A DNA stretch of 63,293 nt, filler included, from Octopus bimaculoides (GCF_001194135.2; 7 parts of 7 records of this genome joined end to end with filler, not necessarily neighbours in it), one strand, 5' to 3'. Shown: positions 24,860 through 38,385, counted from the whole stretch's first letter. The notes: generated by a model not told the origin, from the letters alone. Program-made: numbers and translations.

Positions 24860-24945
24860 CTCCAAAATACAAGACAGCTACAGCTAAAAATAAGGCAACA
24901 CCGGCGGTTCCTAGGAAAAAAGCTATTGCCACTCTTCTTGTCACT
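24860..24945 (-). CDS. SLC22-like transporter exon (TM9)
   Basis: catctttctAG ... GTATGT; 86 bp, phase 2 to 1; (R)VTRRVAIAFFLGTAGVALFLAVAVLYFG(D). Confidence 0.9.
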
Positions 24946-27334
24946 CTAGAAAGATGCAAAAATGATCGCATTTATATCATATTAAGGATGAAATAAGAAC
25001 AACAACAAAATGGAAGAGGCAATGTTGCAATTATGAGACATAACCGTAATTTGGTGTTAGATGATATTAATTGATGGGTTCAAAGGTAATAGCTTTATTT
25101 TAGATCAGGTACTGGAAAACCCTCATCGAGAAGCGGTTCGCAACAGATATGGCTCATTATCAGGTGGACCGCACAACTAAAATAAATCTTAAGTTAATTT
25201 TTCATTTAGGTGTGCCATTTGGAAAGTCCCCTCCGACAAAATTTCAGACCTTGCGCCTTTGACAGATGATATTATTAGATTACATTCCACCGAGGTCGAC
25301 TTTACTTTTCATCATTTCGGGGTCGATAAATTAAGTACCAGTTGCGTACTGGGGTCAATCTAATCGACTGGCCCCCTCCCCCAAAATTTCGGGCCTTGTG
25401 CCTTGAGTAGAAAAGATTATTAGATTACATTCTTTGGGCAATGAGCTGAAGAGACGTTAGAGGGCCGGACAGAATGCTTTGCGATATTTGTCCCAGTGAG
25501 TTCAATTCCTATCGTAACCAACTTTGCTTTTCATTCTTTCGGGGTCGAAGTAATCTATTAATTCACCACTAAAATAAACCTGGCCTTCTGGATAAATTAT
25601 AAACAGTTTTTGGATTCTTTTTGGCACAAAATATAACTTTATACTAACATTAATTATAAACTAGTATAAAGAATCACTCTGCAAATAATTATACAAACGA
25701 GTAATTACAATTTTAAATCAAGCATATTGTCGTTATAAATATTAGTAGCTTTTTAACCTCTTTTTAGTTTTATGCAAATGAACGTGCGTGTGCATGAATA
25801 CGGTTTTTACTTAATACGTTGGTTTTAATCTATCCTTCATTTAATCTTTGAATGTATTTTACACAACTTCTTAATCAACACATGCGTTTATTAGCAAGGT
25901 TTATGTATGTTTACATAATTACACACAAAATAAATAAATGCTAAACAGCAAATCAGAACGTACAGACAAACTTAGCTGATATTATTTTATGTCATAAATA
26001 TTAATTCTGAGTGGACATGCTTTAAGAAAACTAAAACATGTACCTGGGCGCTCCTTTGAATCACACATCTACACACGCAGTCACACAAAAAATACACACA
26101 CACGGGCGCGCACGCGCAAAGTCAACTTTTCAGGACCTTCACACGCCGAAGGAGTTTTGTGAAAGACACACATTTCACAAGTCAGCGAGGATCCCGCTAC
26201 ATGTAACGTAATTTTTAGTGAAGTGGCTGACCTTACGATTAACAGGGACCAATGGTGATAGCAGATTGGCCAAACTGGGGCCCATGACTTCTCTTACGTT
26301 GTGAACTATCTGTTATGGAAGAAGATGACGATGAGGAGGCGGATGATAATGAAATATATATATATATATACATTTGTATACATGCACACATATATATATT
26401 TGCATATACATATTTATGCATATATATATATATATATACATTTACACATAAATATATATATATATGCCTACACATATATATACATATATAGATATGTGTA
26501 TACACATACACACGTATAGATGCATATTTGTATTTCGTGCTTCTACCCCTACGATGCGCTACACTTAACAATATGTACATGTCCACTGTTAAAACTGCGA
26601 GTGGCTACGTTAACGTTAAATGGTTATGTCTCAACTCTATACGTTCATGGCACCAGAATTATATCTGTGTTATTAATTATAACCTTTCGACAGTGACGAT
26701 GATCCAGTGAATATGGTACTTAGTCACTCTAACCAAGAAATCAGAGGTTCGTATCGAATACAGTATTGTCCCTTGTGATTGCATTATTCTCGTTTCATCT
26801 CACCAAAATTGACCTTACTCGAGCAGGTCAGATTAAAGCTTTTATCCTTTCATTCATTTATTATTCATTAATTGTCATAATTCACTGTGTTTGTTTTTAT
26901 GATGGTAGAGTGTGGTTTGAAGGAGATTATTTCTTTGTACTGATATTTCAAGCAAGATCAGTCGACCGTTTAGAAGTACCTTGTCTCCGTAGACAAGATG
27001 TTTTTCTCTGAACGGCCGCGTTTACTTTGTTGTCAGCAGATACTTCAAGCGGTATAATTAACTCATATGGAATTGATGAGAATTTTGTTGGCTTACCGAC
27101 CCGAGTACGATTTCTCCAGCAGAAAAACCTATCTACTTGCAGTAACTTTATCTTTCATTGACACAACGTTACGTAAACATGAAATAAATAACGGTTCTAT
27201 GGATCCATGTGATTCAAGACAAATATTAACTTAGCTGAGCTGAACTTATTTCTAAAATCTTCGTCTTTGCTCACTTATAAGCGATTACTGCCATTTTCAA
27301 GCATCTTAATTCGACATATGACGTATAATATTGG

Positions 27335-27540
27335 TTTCAAATGTTAGCACAAGGCCAGCATTTTCGATGAAAGTGCTAAATCAACCTCCAGTGTTTAACT
27401 GGTACTTATTTTATCGACCCCCAAAAGGATGAAAGACAAAGTCGACCCCGGTGACATTTGAACCCAGAACGTGAAAACGGACGAAACGCCGCTAAGCATT
27501 TCGTCCGGTGTGCTAACGGTTCTGTCAGCTCACCGTCTTC
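27335..27540 (-). mobile_element. tRNA-derived SINE with GGGGTCGATAAAATAAGTACCAG core (other copies at ~15930-16110 -, 18355-18530 -, 23490-23650 -, 25285-25420 +, 60905-61075 -)
   Basis: Shared head (GGCGGTGAGCTG...GTTCTGGGTTCAAAT) and shared core across the copies. Confidence 0.8.
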
Positions 27541-28599
27541 ATATGATGTACATTATTAATTCAAGGATTATCTTTTTAGAATTATGCCAGTCGTCTCTCT
27601 GCTCATTTCTTTAAATTTATATTAACCTAAGCTACCATCTCATCTCTTCAAATCCATACAAGTCTAAGATATTCCTTTCCACTGGTTTGAGCCACCAGTC
27701 ATTGCTTACTTTAATTCACACACAACAAAACTGTTTATATTCAACATCCTTAGTTCTCTAATGTTTCGTTTTCTTTTCAGTCTCGCTCTCAATATATCAC
27801 CCTGTCCATAACCGAATTCTAACATTTCCTATCTTTCAAGTAAATAAACTCCCTCTTCTCACCACGATCAGTTTGTATGCCCTCGTCGTTTAATCGTTTT
27901 TATTACTCAAGTCTTCCATTATTTGTCATCCTGTCTCCTGCCCACGAGATAAGTCTCCTTCTCTTCCACTTTATTTATATCTCTCTCTCTCTTTCCCTCT
28001 TCTCATCTGAACAACTATGTTAATGTTATCTTGCGACTAACCATCAACAAACCTTTTTAGGACCGACATGACTTCTACATCCGCTGTGATGACAGCGTGT
28101 CTAGCAGATTTACTCTCTATTCAAAAGCCCACGACCAATATTGTGCAGAGGGAACTTTTAATAAGCCGACCTCTTTTATTTTAGTTCTGGCTTCACAATT
28201 TAGAACCATACCTCTATCTCTCTCTCTTTCTCTTTCTTTGCCTCTCTCTCTCTCTCTCTCTCTCTGGAAAGAGGAAGGAAGAAGGAAGTAAAGGCAGGCC
28301 CAATGCTTGGCATATTTTTATACCACCACTCGGCTCATGGATAATTTTTACAGATTTGATTTCACTCTTATTGTAAGCATTCAGACCAGACTGCCAGTAA
28401 AGGGATTTCACAATCGCTTGCCGTGCCAATTCCCATTTCTTATGCGTAATGCCTTAGCTTCTCACGGACTACAGGCAGAGTCCGTCCACCACATACTGCA
28501 ATTCATGAGTCGTCACCTCCTCTTCCTAAACCACAGCTAATCCAAATGAAACGAACGCCAAACGAAACCAAAACTACAACCAAATACTATGAAAATGTG

Positions 28600-29100
28600 T
28601 AATATACGAAACTGCAAAGCAATTGCCTCTCCTTTCTTTTAACATTCGTGGACTCCGGTCCAAACAAGGCTACGGCTATCATCAACTGACGTACAGATCT
28701 TATCGCTCTCGATGCTATTCTAGGTTGCCTCTATATTCAAGCTTCCCTACGGCATGTGATCTCTGCTTCATATGCACAAACCACACTCTCACCTAAATAT
28801 TAGCAATTTCTCTTGACTCACGACTCTCACACAAAAGCGGAATCTTTCGCAATAAAATCTTTAAAAAATAATTTGAATCATAACCTAAATGAAATACACG
28901 CCAAACACCCTTGATTTATTCATCACCTCTGGACCCAGTTTCCGCCAAACTGTTATCGTTTCTGCATCTGTAGGACTGGCTAACTACAATTTCATCACGG
29001 TTTCTCTCCACACATTCATGTATAGCCCCGATAATTCCCCAGTTTTCTTGGGTCCTACAGTCCTTAGTCTACTAATTGTTTGGAATTCCAGTAGTATACA
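28600..29100 (+). mobile_element. CR1/L2-like LINE apurinic endonuclease fragment (degenerate)
   Basis: LLSFNIRGLRSK at ~28641 (APE N-terminal motif) and YTPNTLDLFITSGP (the LD-x-F motif preceding the SDH region). Confidence 0.55.
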
Positions 29101-29198
29101 TTAAATATCGTACGTAGATGGCCATTTTGATTGAATACTGCTTCAATTGCTTACAATGGAATATCAAACAGAAAAAAAAATATGTGTATATATATTAC

Positions 29199-29333
29199 CT
29201 GAAAAGTGTCATGGCCATGGTTATATTGCCACAAACTTCTGTTAGGGAAAACAAGAAAAAGTTCAAAAATCGATTACCTGCCAAACTGGGAGATATCATA
29301 TACACGGCGGTGTATGTCACACTGTTCATGAAC
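29199..29333 (-). CDS. SLC22-like transporter exon (TM7-TM8); the most upstream exon found
   Basis: tttgggtttccAG ... GTAATA; 135 bp, phase 2 to 2; (W)FMNSVTYTAVYMISPSLAGNRFLNFFLFSLTEVCGNITMAMTLF(R). LAGNRFLNF matches SLC22 L.GN.YLNF, and all five exons join in frame. Confidence 0.9.
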
Positions 29334-31191
29334 CTGGAAACCCAAAGAATATAATGTATTTCTGTTAAAAATTGATTTCTGCTGCATAAGTTTAATCTAT
29401 GGAAGGAAATATCAGGAGTGGAATCACTACAGGTTCAGTTTTAATTTAAGATCCAATACTTAAACTATATTTATAAACTGTTTAGAACATAAAACCAAAA
29501 CACAAACCCCATTAAGGAAATTTGTCTTCAAAAAACAAACATATAATCAATTTTTGACACTTGAGAATTATAAACTATTCTAAATGTCCGTAAAATAATT
29601 TACAAGCCACTTCTTCCAATCCAGAAGTGATATGTAAAAAAGCCAACATAAATTGGTGACAGCTTGATGTTCTCTCTGCGAAATATNNNNNNNNNNCGGG
29701 TACTTACATTATTCGGGAGCGTCAGCACAGGCCGTTTGGTAATGGTTGCCCGACTTACCGATTTAGATCCCGCGTACTGTATCTTCTTCTCTGTGGATCG
29801 GGATGGGGTGACGGCTCGTGTTGGTTGGCCATATGTCACACGGCCACAGTGGCTGAGGAAGTGTCTCGCAGATGGGAACTGGCTAGTACATTTCTCGAAG
29901 GGTTGCCCGGAACGATCCGAGAGGATTCCGATAAATGGTGGATGCAATGACGCGCTGCAACGGCGTAGGACCTCCATCATATCTCATCGGACCTCAGTTG
30001 TGCAAACAACTGAATACTCATAATCGAAACTGACGGAGAACCATTATTTCTACAGCTGAATATTTATATTCTATCTTTTAATCAGGAGGATAAGTAGAAC
30101 ATTTGACCCTTTACAAGGGCTCCGAGACTAGCGAGAGGAAGATGGGGAGGAAGATATCCCCACATCGGAGTCCGAGTCCGAACGCTTGCAATGCAGTGAA
30201 CTCCATTAAAAGTACCAGATAGGCTGCAAGTACCTGATGGAGTGACGATAAGCCAGGCGAAGGATTAAATCTATCAACCAAGGCATCCGCAACAACGCAT
30301 CCGGTCAGACGTTCTAACATACCGCCAATCCATTTTCTGGACCAGTAATATTTTTATCGACCCCGGGAGGACGAAAGGAAAAGTATAGCTTGTCAGCATT
30401 TGAACCGAGGGAGCAGAGAATCACAACAATGACTCTACCAGTTCGCTACTGCGTATTTTAGGAGGACTCAACCACTCCAGAAATGTTCCAGTTTTGATAA
30501 GCAATTTCAGATTTCAGATCAAGACACTTGCTAATCCAAAAAGAAACCGAAAAACTGGCGTTCTCTTCAGATATGTAGTCTGAAGTAATCCGAAACGATA
30601 TGAAATACTATTCGACGTAGGGCTACTGTTTCACAGGTGGAAAAGTTTTTGCCTAGCAAGGGTCAACCAGATAATACATATAAGTTATCCTCGGCAGGAT
30701 TTAAACTCTTGTATTTTCAAGAGTAATCTATCAACGAATATATCCAAAGGTCCATATCAATTCTTTTTCAATACAGTATGAAGCAATATTCTACGTGGAA
30801 ATATTCTTCCTCGGAAGTACAGGTGGGAAGGTCTTTCTCCAGCCGAGGCCGACCAGATACTATAGGCGGGATTTGAACCCAGTGCGCAAAGAATCACAAC
30901 ATTGGCTCTGCCAATTCGTCACCGTGTTATTTAGGAGGACACATCTACTATATTCCATTTTCGATACGCGATTACGTATATCAGATCTAGATATTTGCCG
31001 AACCAGTACGAAACCAAAAGACTATTATTCTCTACAAATAGTTACTCTAAAGTAATCCAAAGGGAAACACGCAAGAAAATTTAGCATTGTTTTACTGGGA
31101 CGATTCGGTTCAGCCATTTTGTACTTTCCGTCTGTAGAGACTTTCAGCTCACTGTCGTCGTTGTTGTTTAACCTCAGGTAAGCCTAATATA

Positions 31192-31906
31192 TTAGGTTGT
31201 CAAGAAAGTTCTTGCGGAATTTTAAATTTTGGTTTTAAATTATGTATTTTCAAATTAATTTTCGTTAAATTACTTCGACTTTATATATCATTTTAAAGAT
31301 CATTTTTCGCTCTATCTAATCGTGTTACTCTTTTTCTTTTTGAATAATTAGGTAATTTTTTCCGGAACGTTGAATACAACATGGACAAAAAGCAAATTCG
31401 CACAATTTTCTTATTCCAGTTCAAGCTAGGCCGAAAAGCTGATGAAACAGTTCGCAATATCAAAGATGCGTTTGGCACCGGAACCACTAATGAACGTATA
31501 GCGCAATGGTGGTTCAAGAAATTTCATAGCGGTGACGAGAGTCTTGAAGATGATAAGCGTAGTGGTCGGCCATCGGATGTTGACAACGATCAACTAAGAG
31601 CCTTAGTCGAAACCAATCCACGCACAACTGTTCGAGAGCTTGCTCCTGAATTAGACGTAACGTATACGACAATTTCCAACCACTTGAAAGAGATTGGAAA
31701 AACAAAAATACTTGAGAAATGGGTGCCGCACGAATTGAACGACAACCAAAAAAAAACCCCGCCGTTTTGAAGTGTCGTCTTCCCTTCTTTTACACAGCAA
31801 GAACGACCCGTTTCTCGACCGGATTGTAACTTGCGATGAAAAGTGGATTCTTTACGACAACCGGCGACGCTCAGCTCAGTGGCTGGATGCCGACCAAGCT
31901 CCAAGG
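31192..31906 (+). mobile_element. mariner transposon (Hsmar1/cecropia-like), 5' half, frameshifted and cut by a gap
   Basis: TA + TIR TTAGGTTGTCAAGAAAGTTCTTGCGG; MDKKQIRTIFLFQFKLGRKA...RSGRPS...KWVPHEL; frameshift at an A-run (~31750); then RIVTCDEKWILYDN (first catalytic D). Confidence 0.92.
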
Positions 31907-32006
31907 NNNNNNNNNNNNNNNNNNNNNNNNNNNNNNNNNNNNNNNNNNNNTTAATTAATTAANNNNNNNNNNNNNNNNNNNNNNNNNNNNNNNNNNNNNN
32001 NNNNNN

Positions 32007-32057
<51 letters not shown>

Positions 32058-33371
32058 ATGTATGTATATGCAGATATAGTTGTATATACGTGTGATTATG
32101 TGTATGTAGTGTAAATTTCACATATATGTGATATAAGTTCAGATTTCTTCTTCCCATTTAGATATCCTGCCGCTTGTAACGATATCATTCTCACATATTG
32201 GCAAACATGAAGCTGCAATGAAGAATTCAAAATGTGTAAATACACCAGACACTAAAATACAGTTAACGCAGCTGAAATTAAACAACCACTGTGAACACAT
32301 GCATTTTATTGTTTCATATGCCACATGAAGTCTGCTAAGGGGCCAGAACCCCGTCATTTGTTCACTCACTACCCTTAGCAGCAAATGCTTTTCATCTCTG
32401 ACCTATATGTGACTACTAATCTGGACATCAGAGTCATCCTCCTAAATATGTTTCTCTACATTCTTATACAACCAAAACCTAGAAACGTAGTCTCTTCCAC
32501 TACCAAGTGATTCATTCACAGATGTTCTACAGCTGTAAAATTAAATAATATCTCAATGATACCAACTAGAAGATGTTTGCTACTCTCCAAGATAAGTATC
32601 AGGGAACCTATGAATACATTTGTTCCCTGCACAGCCTACAAAATCTTTCCCCTCCCAAATTACGACCACACTTTCTTGTTCTTTTCCAGTAAGGTTTATG
32701 CCAAAGAGGCCTTGTATATATCATTCCTCATTTTGTTTTTAACACTTCTCTATATTCAGGGTCACTGACAACAATTTGGCAAGGTAGAACAAGATTGTTT
32801 TGGGGCCCAGGTGGTGGGTGTCTCTCAAAATTCAAAGAGGTTGTGAACAGTTTGTTTATTTCTTTGTACTTATTCTGTTTTTCTTTGTTTGTTTTTGTTT
32901 TTTTAAAGGCCCAACAAATGGTCACTGGCTCCTCCTTGGCTCTTTGGGTCTCACACTTATGCACTGACTGAAATCCCTGCCCTCTTCTAATATAGGTCCT
33001 GATTGAGTACACATAACAAAGCAACTGCTAAATTCTTCTCCTCTAGTTGTGTGACCACCAGGTACATGCAGTTGCTAAGAGAAATGACATTTCTGATAAT
33101 TAACCCAACAAGATGGCCAGTGTTCTTTCCATTAGCCTCAAACCATCAAGAGTTATCTCGTCTTCACTTCAATCTTCAATCTTTCTCCCTTGCTCTCACT
33201 CTCACTCACTCTCTCCCTCTCTCTTCCTTTCTTTCTCACACAGACATACACATACACACTGTCTCTTTCTTACACCCCTCTCTCTTTCTCTCTCTGCAAC
33301 AGTGGTTCTCAACCTCTCATAACTCAGTTCCCACTTTTACAAATCAGTGTTATACAAATGCCTTGTCTGCA

Positions 33372-33770
33372 GGCGTGGCTGAGTGGTAAGAAGCTTGCTT
33401 CCTAACCACATGGTTCTGGGTTCAGTCCCACTGCATGGCACCTTGGGTAAGTATCTTCTATTATAGCCTCGGGCCAACCAAAGCTTTGTGAGTGGATGTG
33501 GTAGACGGAAACTGAATGAAGCCCATTGTATACATATATGTATGTATTTATGTGTGTGTGTGTGTATCTGTCTGTCTGTCTGTCCCCCCTCCACCATCAC
33601 TTGACAACTGATGTTGATGTGTTTGCCCCAAAACTTAGTAGATTGGCAAAAGAAACTGATAGAATAAGTACTAGGCTTACAAAGAATAAGTCCTAGGGTC
33701 GATTTGTTCGACTAAAGGCACTACTCCAGCATGGCCACAGTCAACTGACGGAAACAAGTAAAAGAATAAG
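33372..33770 (+). mobile_element. Composite tRNA-derived SINE with internal (TG)n (other copies at 55281-55938 +, 59240-59632 -, ~46400-46740 -, ~50630-50860 -, ~47060-47230 +)
   Basis: Head GGCGTGGCTGAGTGGTAAG...GGTTCAGTCCC, core CCTTGGGYAAGTGTCTTCTACTATAGCC, tail ...GAAACAAGTAAAAGA, repeated through the window. Confidence 0.85.
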
Positions 33771-35781
33771 AAAAAAGAATGTTTTGAAGAAAAAAAGTTC
33801 ATTTTGTGTAATGTCTTTTTTTTTTTATCTATATAGTCCCATCTAGCCATGGGGCTGGATATGTGCATTTTAAAATTACCAAAAAAGGTGAAGTTTTCTG
33901 ATTTGAGTAGAAGCACGGCAATTTTGAGGGGAAGGGGTAAGTTGATATGTCAGCCTCAATACTTGATTGGTGCTTTATTATATTGAACAAGAAAGGGTGG
34001 AAGGCAAAGTTCACCTTGGCCTGGTTTGAACTGAGAACATTTACCACAAAACATTTTTTCTGTGCTTTAATGACTTTGCCACCTTAATTCCTTGAGGATT
34101 AATACAGTGAAAATATATTGGACCCTGTCCTTCTAATTGTTGTTTCTCTTGTCCACCTTTGTGTTGTCTATCTGTCCGAACATTTTAATGCCCTCTATTG
34201 TGTTTTTGTTCCATTTTTATATCTATATTTATATCTATATATCATCATCATCACCATCATCGATTAACATCTGCTTTCCATGCTGGCATGGGTTGGACGG
34301 TTTGACTGAAGACTGGCAAGCCAGGAGGCTGCACCAGGCTCCAATCTNNNNNNNNNNTGGCAAGCCAGGAGGCTGCACCAGGCTCCAATCTGATCTGGCA
34401 AGGTTTCTACAGCTGGATGCACTTCCTAATGCCAACCACTCCGAGAGAGCACTGTGATGCGTAATCACAGGGGTGTGAGTTTGAGTCTCATGGCTGGCCG
34501 CCGACACATTTTTCTGCAAAATATGGGTAGTTTATCCTGTTCATGCTATATTATTAGTATATATATGTGTGTATGTGTGTGTGTGCATGCGGATTTGTGT
34601 CTGTGTTTGTCCCCTCAACATTGTTTGACAACCAATGTTGGTGTGCTTACATCCCCGTAACTTAGCAGTTCGGCAAAAGAGACCAATAGAATAAGCACTA
34701 GGCTTACAAAGAATAAGTCCTTAAGTCCTGGGGTCGATTTGTTTGACTAAAGGTGGTGCTCCAACATGGCCGCAGTCAAATGACTGAAACAAGTAAAAGA
34801 ATAAAAGAATATATATCTTTAGACCATAACCCGTGGCCTTTACCAGGGGTGTGGCCAGCCCACTTATATGTACCTTTCCTTCTTTGGACACAAAACTCTG
34901 CTTGCAAAGACCTGTTGAGGCAAGTGAAATCGAAGTCAAATTTGAAATCGAACCAAATTCGACGACTGGCACCCTTGCTAACCTTCCTTCATTGGACTCT
35001 ATACTCTGCTTGTGAAGACCTGTTGGGGCAAGTGAAATCGAAATTGAACTAAATTCGATGACTGGCACCCGTGCCAGTGGAGTACTAACAGCTCCATTCG
35101 AGCAGGATCACTGCCAGAGTAGCTGTCAGGCTTCCATGCCGGTGGCATGTAAAAAGCACCATTCGAGTGTGATCGTTATCAGCGTCGCCTTACTGGCACT
35201 TGAAGAAAACATTGGAGTGAGGTCATTGCCAGTGCCGCTGGACTGACTCCTGTGCAGGTGGCACATAAAAAACACCAATTGAGCATGGCCGTAGCCAGTA
35301 CCACCTGACTAACCCTCGTGCCAGTGGCACGTAAAAGTACCCACTACACTCTCTGAGTGGTTGGCGTTAGGAAGGGCATCCAGTCCTCAGTCAAATCATC
35401 CAACCCATGCTAGCATGGAAAGCGGACATTAAACGATGATGATGATGATATCTATATATATCTATATATATAATATATATAGGTTTGTGTGCATGTTTTG
35501 TGTATTGTTTGTCTACTACCACCACTTGGTGACTGGTATTGCTTTGTTTATGTGTCTCTGTAGCTTAGCAGTTGAACAAAAGATGGTGCCCAGCCCTGGC
35601 ACTGCAGTCTGATGACTGAAGTAACTAAAAACTAAAAGGTTGTACTTTGGTTTAAAGAAAAATCATGACCACTCTAAATTATACCTAGTGCCCCTTTTAA
35701 CACTGTTTCTGATTCTGATTGTATAATATATAAATGTTATTTAAATATCATAAAATGATAATTAATCTTAATGGTATATAC

Positions 35782-36164
35782 ACCGTAAATCCTCAAGTAT
35801 AGTCCGCCCTTGAGTATAATACGCAGGGGATTTTCAGGGGGCTGTACCTCTGAAAAACTTAAACCTTGTGTATAATACGCACCCCTTCTCTAACTTGAGT
35901 CAAGGAGATCTATATAACGTCCTTGGTTTGTAAACATATATACAGTAACGTCCTTTATTATTATTGTATATATAACATAAGGCAAACATGTAGCTTTTTT
36001 GTGCACTTTGTTTGTAGAAAATAAAGAAATAACAGTAATAAAATCAGTGAAAAATAAATATTAAGTAAATTGACTTTACATATTTATCACTTAGAAAATT
36101 TTGCGTATATAGTACGCACTTGAAATTTTGGGAAAAAAGTGGATTATACTCGAGGATTTACGGT
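35782..36164. mobile_element. pogo/Tigger-like MITE
   Basis: ~26-bp TIRs ACCGTAAATCCTCAAGTATAGTCC / GGATTATACTCGAGGATTTACGGT. Confidence 0.75.
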
Positions 36165-36806
36165 AAATTTAAATTCTATTTGAGTATAAAATAGATCATT
36201 TAATCTTATTGTTTTTTGATAAATAGTTAATAATATTTATTTTTATATAGTGTTGTTATAATTTGATTATAGGTATGTATTTCTTTAGAATGTTAAGCAA
36301 TAATATTTGAAGATTCTGAAGCCCCTAAGGGGGTGCTACCTCCCAGGTTATGAACCATGGATTCATCCCAATCTCTAGAAACATGTTGAAGTTGTTACAT
36401 TCCAAGTAAAGAGTAATCTCTCTCTGAATCTGCTATTTACTGCCCTTTCATCCTTATTTTCGACATATTAAAGGAGTTATAAATAACCACCTCTTTTATC
36501 TCCTGAGTCTCTTATCTCCTTCAAACTACACCTTATAATCTTTAAAAGAAAGGAGATATACATTGGTTAATGTAGTCCAGGGACAGAAGCATAGCAGAAA
36601 AGGGGTCAGGAATGCAAAATCTCTTCTTTATTATGCCTGTTAATTAAGGTGGGTATGTAGTGGGTGAGTGTGTGCCAAATAGGCCTTTGCCTTGGACAAT
36701 AAGAACTTTTGCTATGCCTTTGTTTGGGGGGGGGTTACTTTGATTATAGGTCAAATCAAATCAAGGTTGACCTGTTTCTTAACAACAATATTAATATTTA
36801 TGTGTG

Positions 36807-36850
<44 letters not shown>

Positions 36851-37549
36851 CAAACAATTGCTCTTTCTCATTGAAAAACTAAGCAGCCAAAATTAAGTTT
36901 GCATTCCGCATCTCAAACTAAAGCTTCCAGTATCGATAAAAAAAAAAAAGATTAGTCTGCTATGATACCCATGAGAAATTCTTCATTTTAAATGCTAACA
37001 GAAAATACCAAATCAGTTTTTTTACCCTATTAATTTCAAATCTAGGGACTTGGGTGGAAGGAAATAAGTTTGTAGGTACTCATGATAAAATCTCTAAAAG
37101 ATATTTCTGATAAATAGTATTTTTATGCATCTAAATATAAGGGCAATATCATTAAGGCATCATACATTTAGTTACTGCACTGCATGTTCTGTGTTCAAAT
37201 CTTACCAAAGTGAACTTTTGCTTTCATCCTTCTAAGGTTGATAATATAAAGTACCAATCAAATACTAGTTCATTGTCATTGAACCAGTATTGAAATGTGA
37301 GAGAAGTTGGTCATTGTTATTGACCAACATTTTCTCTCAAATTTCTGGCCTTATTCTAGTACTACTTGGCTAAATATATTTACCTACATACAGACAAAAG
37401 AACACTTGTAGTAAATATAAATAACATCTCATGAACCATTTTCATTTTATATTAATAGTGCACAAATCATATCAATTTGTATTAAGCATAGAAAAAAGTC
37501 CCAGCTTTTCAAAATATTAGTAAATTCTTCGTCCCATATAATTTTTAAA

Positions 37550-38385
37550 AATATACAAGATCTTGGTCCCATGCAACTATTAAACTGGTCTACAAAAATT
37601 TCAAATAAATTTATTTCAATATGGGGTAGGACTGCTTTTGGCAATAATTACAGCTTGAATTCTATGAGGTATGGACTCATACAAAGTTTGAATTGTTTCC
37701 AAAAGAATTTTTGTCCATTCTTCAACTAAAACAGTCTCCAGTTCTTGTAGTGATGATGGTGGAGGATATCAGCACTTACTTGTTTTTCTAAAATGCACCA
37801 TAAATGTTCAATAATATTGAAATCCAGGGATTGTGGTGGCCAGATAAGATATTCAACTTCACTAGAATGTTCCTCGTGCCATTCAGTAACAACTTCAATT
37901 GTGTGAATTGGTGCATTATCATCCTGAAAGATTGCGTTCCCCTCCGGAAACAGTTCTGCAACCATAGGATGAATTTGATCAGATAAAATGCTTAAATAGT
38001 CTTGACTATTAATTCTGCCATGAAGGGAAACCATTGGGTTGGCAGATTTCCAAGATACAGCCTCCCAGATCATCACAGATCCTCCTCCATGTTTAACAGT
38101 TGGAAGGAGGCAGTCTGGGTCAAATACTTCTTTTGGCTGTCTCCACACATATACTCGGCCGGTGGTTGTAAATAAGATGAAGAATGACTGGTCCAAGAAA
38201 ATAACATTCTTCCACTGCTCTGGATCAATTCTGTAGGTTTTTACTTCACTCTAAATACTTTGCAACATTTGTTTTTGAAAGTAGTTGTTTTCTGATTGCA
38301 GCCCTCCCATGAAATCCAGCTTTGTGCAGCTCCCAGGGAACAGTTTTTGTGGAAAGTGGGTTTCCGAGGTGGTCATTAGGCTCTG
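37550..38385 (-). mobile_element. Tc1-family transposase remnant with DD36E spacing
   Basis: WKNVIFLDQS (D1); TVKHGGGSVMIW; FQDDNAPIH (D2); WPPQSLDFNIIEHLW (E); 36 residues counted between D2 and E. The 5' part is missing. Confidence 0.88.

Noticed and set aside
29600-30330. GILSDRSG and LVLLMEF motifs on - suggesting upstream SLC22 exons
   Set aside because: The flanking residues are not hydrophobic, motif spacing is wrong and no in-phase splice pair fits; the GC-rich segment is more likely a decayed LINE.
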